A DNA stretch of 47,233 nt from Dehalococcoidia bacterium (lineage in GTDB: Bacteria; Chloroflexota; Dehalococcoidia; Lucifugimonadales; UBA3495), in contig JASLXV010000014.1 in assembly GCA_030740155.1 (NCBI GenBank), positions 1-47,233 on the forward strand. Reading direction: 5' to 3'. Every line of letters begins with the position of its first letter. The stretch's first letter is position 1. Under the pieces are notes generated by a model. The model did not search any database. It worked only from the letters and a program-made list of their open reading frames with translations, and was not told the DNA's origin. Positions 46,997 through 47,233 of the stretch are shown here, piece by piece. The position numbers and the translations under genes were made by a program.

Positions 46997-47233
46997 ATGG
47001 TAGAAACGACTAAGGACAGACTGGCCAGGCTCCCCTTTAAGTGGCCTTGGGCGGATGAGGTGGAGCACCTGCGCCGGGAGGTCCTCTCCCAAAAGGACTA
47101 CGACCCGGCCACATTATTCGTGTTCGGGCAGATCATGGTGCAGGCGTTGCTGGAGCTTCTTAAGGCGGTGGAGGGCGAGTTCGGGGAGCGGGGACAGAAA
47201 GTGTGTGTAGCCACGCTGAAGCAGACGGGATAC
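46997..47233 (+). CDS. Hypothetical protein, 3' truncated
   Basis: AAGGAGG RBS, ATG 46997, open to the window end (MVETTKDRLARLPFKWPWADEVEHLRREV...). Confidence 0.75.
   Translation, partial: MVETTKDRLARLPFKWPWADEVEHLRREVLSQKDYDPATLFVFGQIMVQALLELLKAVEGEFGERGQKVCVATLKQTGY

Overview
GC-rich bacterial genomic window with no rRNA, tRNA, CRISPR array or transposase visible. Gene content and style (tandem acyl-CoA dehydrogenase paralogues, CaiB/BaiF CoA-transferase, peptide-type ABC transporter, hydantoinase pair, Pro/Thr-linker surface proteins, aroK-aroB fusion) suggest Chloroflexota, probably Dehalococcoidia/SAR202; this is inference. The window holds: (1) a 12-kb CoA-dependent catabolic operon interleaved with a Dpp/Opp ABC transporter; (2) hydantoinase/oxoprolinase A+B; (3) an accessory stretch of membrane and secreted proteins; (4) a D-aminoacylase/Cas4-like/MFS/FAD-oxidase block bracketed by two inverted MITE-like repeats; (5) nhaA, a thrC-like/NIL/sulfur-carrier operon, tgt, a TauE operon and aroKB; (6) two large single-pass surface proteins sharing an unrecognised ~105-aa cytoplasmic N-terminal domain. 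Most notable observations: that modular domain family, a NusA-NTD-like insertion in the external loop of DppC, a possible sulfur-carrier-dependent amino-acid pathway with a leader terminator hairpin, structured leader RNAs before aroKB and the TauE operon, and nested MITE/REP elements. Four small indels break three genes and may be sequencing errors.
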